Shown here: piece by piece, positions 60,065 to 64,000 of the stretch
Numbering within the stretch: the first letter of the stretch is position 1
How the letters are laid out: each line of letters starts with the position of its first letter
Assembly: GCA_963718615.1 (NCBI GenBank)
Contig: OY970368.1
Span: 352,001-416,000 of the forward strand
Reading direction: 5' to 3'
DNA length: 64,000 nucleotides
Source of the DNA: an uncultured cyanobacterium
Lineage (GTDB): Bacteria > Cyanobacteriota > Cyanobacteriia > PCC-9006 > JAAUQQ01
Notes under the pieces: model-generated
Database searches by the model: none
What the model saw: only the letters and a program-made list of their open reading frames with translations
What the model was told of the DNA's origin: nothing
Made by a program: the position numbers and the translations under genes

Positions 60065-63000
60065 ATGGATAGTCGTGTGTCTGGAGCAACTCCATCCACC
60101 TCGTCGGTTTACGAGGATCAAACCCAGGCGATCGCCCGCCAACTCCTCTCTGAGAGCCGGGAGAAGCGATCGCTCTTCTCCAAAATGCGGGATCAACTGC
60201 GATGGGACGACAAGCTCCTGGCCTGGACCATGGAGAATCCTGGCCTACGGGTGCAAATGTTTCGATTGATCGATGCCTTGCCAGCCTTGCGCTCTAAGGC
60301 CGAAATTGCCCGACATTTACAGGAGTATCTCGACGACGCCAGCGTTGAACTGCCCCAGGCGCTCAAGGGCCTACTCAACTTTGCCGATGCAACCTCGATG
60401 CCGGGGCAAGTGGCAGCGACGACGCTGTCAACGGCAGTAGAAACCCTCGCACGCAAGTACATCGCCGGGGAAACCCTCAACCAAGCCCTCAAAACCATCG
60501 AGCAACTGCGCAAGCAATCCATGACCTTTACGATGGATTTGCTGGGGGAAGCGGTGATTACAGAGCCGGAAGCTGAGTCCTATCTGAACCAGTATTTGGA
60601 GTTGATGACCCAACTCAGCGAAGCGACAAAGCGTTGGAATTCCGTTCAGCAGATCGATCAAGCAGATGGCGTAGCGTTGCCCAAAGTCCAGGTTTCGGTG
60701 AAGCTGACGGCGTTTTATTCGCAATTCGACCCGCTGGATGTGGAAGGTAGTCGGGCTAAGGTGAGCGATCGCATCCGTATCCTCCTGCGCAGGGCCAAGG
60801 AACTGGGTGCAGCGGTTCACTTTGACATGGAACAGTATCGCTATAAGGACGCGACGCTAGAAACCCTGAAACAGTTGCTGATGGAACCGGAATTTCGCGA
60901 TCGCACCGATCTCGGCATCACCTTCCAAGCCTATCTGCGGGACAGCTACAAAGACTTAAAAGACTGGATCGAGTGGGTAAAACAACGGGGCAATCCCCTG
61001 ACGGTCCGCTTGGTGAAAGGCGCTTACTGGGATCAGGAAACGATTTTGTCGCGCCAAAACCATTGGCCCACACCGGTTTATAACCACAAGTCTTCCACCG
61101 ATGCCAACTTTGAGCGGATGACACAGTTGCTATTAGAACATCACGAGTATTTGTACGCAGCCATTGGCAGCCACAACGTCCGCTCCCAAGCCCATGCCCT
61201 GGCGATCGCCCAAACCCTCAACATCCCCCCCCGCAACATCGAATTCCAAGTCCTCTACGGCATGGCCGACAACCTCGCCACCGCCCTCGTCAAACAGGGC
61301 CACCGCGTCCGCGTCTACTGCCCCTACGGCGACCTCATCCCCGGCATGGCCTACCTGATCCGGCGACTGCTGGAAAACACCGCCAACAGCTCCTTCCTGC
61401 GCCAGAACCTAGAGGAACGCCCCGTAGAAGAATTGCTCGTGATCCCCGCTTGGGGAGAGGGCGATGGCGATACGGATACTGTTCGACCGACTGCGATCGC
61501 CTCTACAACTGATCCGGTGATCCGGATTAATCCGGCGGCAGATACCGATTATGCGATCGCCCCTCTCCGCGACACAGCCCTAGCCGCACTGACCAAGGTG
61601 CGTCAGCAACTTGGCAAAACCTACTGGCCCATCGTCAATGGTGAAGCCATCCAAACAGACGCTAAGGTTGAATCGGTTAACCCGTCTAACCCCTCCGAAA
61701 TTGTGGGAACCGTGGGGCAGATCAGCATTGAGCAGGCAGATGGGGCGATCGCCGCTGCCAAAGTTGCCTTTGAAACCTGGAAACGCACCCCAGCCCAGGA
61801 ACGAGCCGCGATCATTCGCAAGGCCGGAGACTTGCTGGAGCAACGCCGCCATGAGCTGAATGCTTGGATGGTGTTGGAAGGCGGGAAGCCGTTGCACCAA
61901 GCCGATGCGGAGGTGTCAGAGGCGGCGGATTTCTGTCGGTATTATGCGGCGGAGATGGAGCGGCTCGATCAGGACATTAATTATGATGTGGCGGGGGAGC
62001 GCGATCGCTACCACTACCGGCCCAAGGGCATTGTCCTGGTGATTTCCCCCTGGAATTTCCCCCTCGCCATCCCCACGGGCATGACCGTCGCAGCCCTCGT
62101 AACTGGCAACTGTGCCCTGCTCAAACCCGCAGCGGTGACCTCGGTGATTGCGGCAAAGCTGAGCGAGATTTTGCTAGAGGCGGGCCTTCCTCGGGGAGTA
62201 TTCCAATACGTGCCCGGTCGCGGTTCGACGGTGGGCAATCACTTGGTTAAGCATCCCGACACCCACATGATTGTCTTTACCGGCTCCCAGGAAGTCGGCT
62301 GTCAAATCTATGCCGATGCCGCGATTTTGCAACCGGGGCAAAAGCATCTCAAGCGTGTGGTGGCGGAAATGGGCGGCAAGAATGCCATCATCGTCGATGA
62401 AAGTGCCGACCTGGATCAAGCGGTCCAAGGGGTTGTCTATTCTGCCTTCGGCTACAGTGGCCAGAAGTGCTCCGCCTGTTCCCGCGTGGTGGTGATGGCT
62501 TCGATTTACGAGACTTTTGTAGCACGTCTTGTAGAAGCAACCCAGTCCCTTAATGTTGGCGACGCATCCAAGCCTAGCACTAAGGTCGGCCCGGTGATCG
62601 ACGCAGCGGCCCAGGCCAAGATCCGCGAGTACATCGCCAAGGGCAAGGCGGAAGCGACGCTGGCGGTGGAGTTGCCCTCGCCGGAGCCGGGATATTTTGT
62701 CGGCCCTGTGGTGTTTACGGATGTCGATCCCCAGGCGGCGATCGCCCAGGAGGAAATCTTTGGGCCGGTGTTGGCGGTGATCAAGGCGGGGGATTTTGAC
62801 CAGGCTTTGGCGATCGCCAACGGCACCCACTACGCCCTCACCGGCGGTCTCTACTCCCGCACGCCGTCCCACATTGCCCAGGCGGAGGCGGAGTTTGAGG
62901 TAGGGAATTTGTATATTAATCGCAGCATTACGGGGGCGATCGTGGCACGGCAACCGTTCGGCGGCTTTAAGCTCTCGGGGGTGGGCTCGAAGGCGGGGGG

Positions 63001-63091
63001 ACCGGACTATTTGTTGCAGTTCCTGGATCCGCGCACGGTGACGGAAAATGTGCAGCGTCAGGGCTTTGCGCCGATTGAGGGGGTGGATTGA
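60065..63091 (+). CDS. putA: Bifunctional proline dehydrogenase / P5C dehydrogenase
   Basis: DLLGE, RLVKGAYW, YLIRRLLENTAN; ISPWNFP, FTGS, AEMGGKN, GQKCSA, EEIFGP. Confidence 0.96.
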   Translation: MDSRVSGATPSTSSVYEDQTQAIARQLLSESREKRSLFSKMRDQLRWDDKLLAWTMENPGLRVQMFRLIDALPALRSKAEIARHLQEYLDDASVELPQALKGLLNFADATSMPGQVAATTLSTAVETLARKYIAGETLNQALKTIEQLRKQSMTFTMDLLGEAVITEPEAESYLNQYLELMTQLSEATKRWNSVQQIDQADGVALPKVQVSVKLTAFYSQFDPLDVEGSRAKVSDRIRILLRRAKELGAAVHFDMEQYRYKDATLETLKQLLMEPEFRDRTDLGITFQAYLRDSYKDLKDWIEWVKQRGNPLTVRLVKGAYWDQETILSRQNHWPTPVYNHKSSTDANFERMTQLLLEHHEYLYAAIGSHNVRSQAHALAIAQTLNIPPRNIEFQVLYGMADNLATALVKQGHRVRVYCPYGDLIPGMAYLIRRLLENTANSSFLRQNLEERPVEELLVIPAWGEGDGDTDTVRPTAIASTTDPVIRINPAADTDYAIAPLRDTALAALTKVRQQLGKTYWPIVNGEAIQTDAKVESVNPSNPSEIVGTVGQISIEQADGAIAAAKVAFETWKRTPAQERAAIIRKAGDLLEQRRHELNAWMVLEGGKPLHQADAEVSEAADFCRYYAAEMERLDQDINYDVAGERDRYHYRPKGIVLVISPWNFPLAIPTGMTVAALVTGNCALLKPAAVTSVIAAKLSEILLEAGLPRGVFQYVPGRGSTVGNHLVKHPDTHMIVFTGSQEVGCQIYADAAILQPGQKHLKRVVAEMGGKNAIIVDESADLDQAVQGVVYSAFGYSGQKCSACSRVVVMASIYETFVARLVEATQSLNVGDASKPSTKVGPVIDAAAQAKIREYIAKGKAEATLAVELPSPEPGYFVGPVVFTDVDPQAAIAQEEIFGPVLAVIKAGDFDQALAIANGTHYALTGGLYSRTPSHIAQAEAEFEVGNLYINRSITGAIVARQPFGGFKLSGVGSKAGGPDYLLQFLDPRTVTENVQRQGFAPIEGVD

Positions 63092-63102
63092 GTTTAGGCT
63101 TA

Positions 63103-63167
63103 AGACACCGGGTGTGTGCAAGGCTCTTTGAGCAGGCAGCGAAGATGCGGGAAAACACCTGGTGTTT
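63103..63167. repeat. Short element bounded by inverted repeats
   Basis: AGACACCGGGTGT...ACACCTGGTGTTT between convergent genes. Confidence 0.5.
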
Positions 63168-63169
63168 AG

Positions 63170-63424
63170 CTACAGATTATAGAGGTAGTTGACAATGCCC
63201 TCCTCTGCTTTAATGACAGGCAAAAACAACTGATACTCCCATCCTTCTCCAGCAGGACGATCCTTTTTAGCGATGTAGTCTTGCCTTGGCCCCCCTTTTC
63301 CTTCCACGCCTGCATAACGTTCAACTGTGTGAAAAATGAATACTCTGGCGTAAGCGTAGCTGAGTAAGTATATGCACAGCATACCCAATAGAATCGGGAG
63401 TAATTTACTGTTTTTCTGCATCAT
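63170..63424 (-). CDS. Small membrane-anchored hypothetical protein (cassette-like)
   Basis: MMQKNSKLLPILLGMLCIYLLSYAYARVF..; lower GC; downstream of the attC-like site. Confidence 0.6.
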   Translation of the reverse strand: MMQKNSKLLPILLGMLCIYLLSYAYARVFIFHTVERYAGVEGKGGPRQDYIAKKDRPAGEGWEYQLFLPVIKAEEGIVNYLYNL

Positions 63425-63572
63425 TGATCGAGTGAGTTGTGAAAATAGCGATCCTGTACTATACAAGATTTCACAGTTTGAGGCTCTAAAACAGGAACAC
63501 TGCAAGCTTAGAGAGGAGAATGAGGGTCTGAGGCGAGAGACTGAGGGGATGCCCAAACTGGGGAATTAAGCC

Positions 63573-63660
63573 GTCCAACGACCCCGTTCACCCGCCGCTG
63601 GCAATCTTTCGGACTCACCAACCAACTTGATTCGGTCGGTGTGCAACGGGATTGTTATAC
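63573..63660 (-). mobile_element. Integron attC-like recombination site (88 bp)
   Basis: Minus strand runs from GTATAAC (R'') to GTTGGAC (R', GTTRRRY); arms CCCGTT(G)CAC(A)CCG(A)CCG and CGGCGGGTGAACGGG pair with three extrahelical bases; starts 11 nt after the upstream stop codon. Confidence 0.65.
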
Positions 63661-63671
63661 TGCGACCGCGA

Positions 63672-64000
63672 TCAGAATGGCTTGGAACGCCGTAAAAAAT
63701 TCTCTGCGAAAACTTCCGGTTGCCCTACTAACTCGCTATCGGGATCTTGGTTACGAAAGAGTAGCCCAATACCGAAGTCTTCATTTCCAAATTTTCGTTG
63801 CAGATACCTCCAATTTTCAATAAGGTAGCGCGAACTTCCAAGCGTTGCACTTGAACCAAGTCCGGCGCAAATAAAGACGCTGATCTTCTTGTCTACATCA
63901 TAAAATCTATGAATGAATGCAGGTTCTACACGCTGGTCACGACCTTCCCCGGTAATTGAATCTGCTAAACCATCTTGGCGAACACCCATCACTCGTTGAC
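63672..64000 (-). CDS. Hypothetical protein, probably 5'-truncated by the window edge (cassette-like)
   Basis: AT-richer ORF open to the edge and ending immediately before the attC-like site. Confidence 0.55.
   Translation of the reverse strand, partial: QRVMGVRQDGLADSITGEGRDQRVEPAFIHRFYDVDKKISVFICAGLGSSATLGSSRYLIENWRYLQRKFGNEDFGIGLLFRNQDPDSELVGQPEVFAENFLRRSKPF

Noticed and set aside
62174-63121. 315-aa antisense ORF in putA, and similar long antisense ORFs in pcrA, clpP, tgpA and the usher
   Set aside because: Typical antisense shadows of GC-rich coding sequence with no recognisable motifs.

Overview
Chromosomal segment of a cyanobacterium (frequent HIP1 GCGATCGC, psb28, psb29, psaM, curT, sipA, sigF). 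It is probably a filamentous non-heterocyst former, since hetR is present but lacks the Ser130 equivalent of Nostocales HetR. Most genes are housekeeping (pcrA, clpP, hisG, cbiX, cobW, ubiX, rnr, phoU, speE, iscS, putA), plus 6S RNA and two cobalamin riboswitches. Accessory parts are: a 29.3-35.8 kb island (IS630 relic, remnants resembling plasmid conjugation genes, an HxlR-regulated redox/membrane operon), an Rpn nuclease next to an orphan HerA ATPase, a complete chaperone-usher pilus operon with low-GC pilins, and an integron attC-like site at the right edge. The most interesting signals are: (1) HIP1 sites repeatedly mark local strand-skew switch points, G/T-rich on the 5' side and C/A-rich on the 3' side; (2) HetR-box palindromes upstream of hetR/an anti-sigma gene and of a diguanylate cyclase, with HetR carrying E254A in the PatS pocket; (3) the attC-like cassette junction; (4) the mosaic chaperone-usher operon. 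All calls come from reading the sequence and recalled family motifs; no searches were run.
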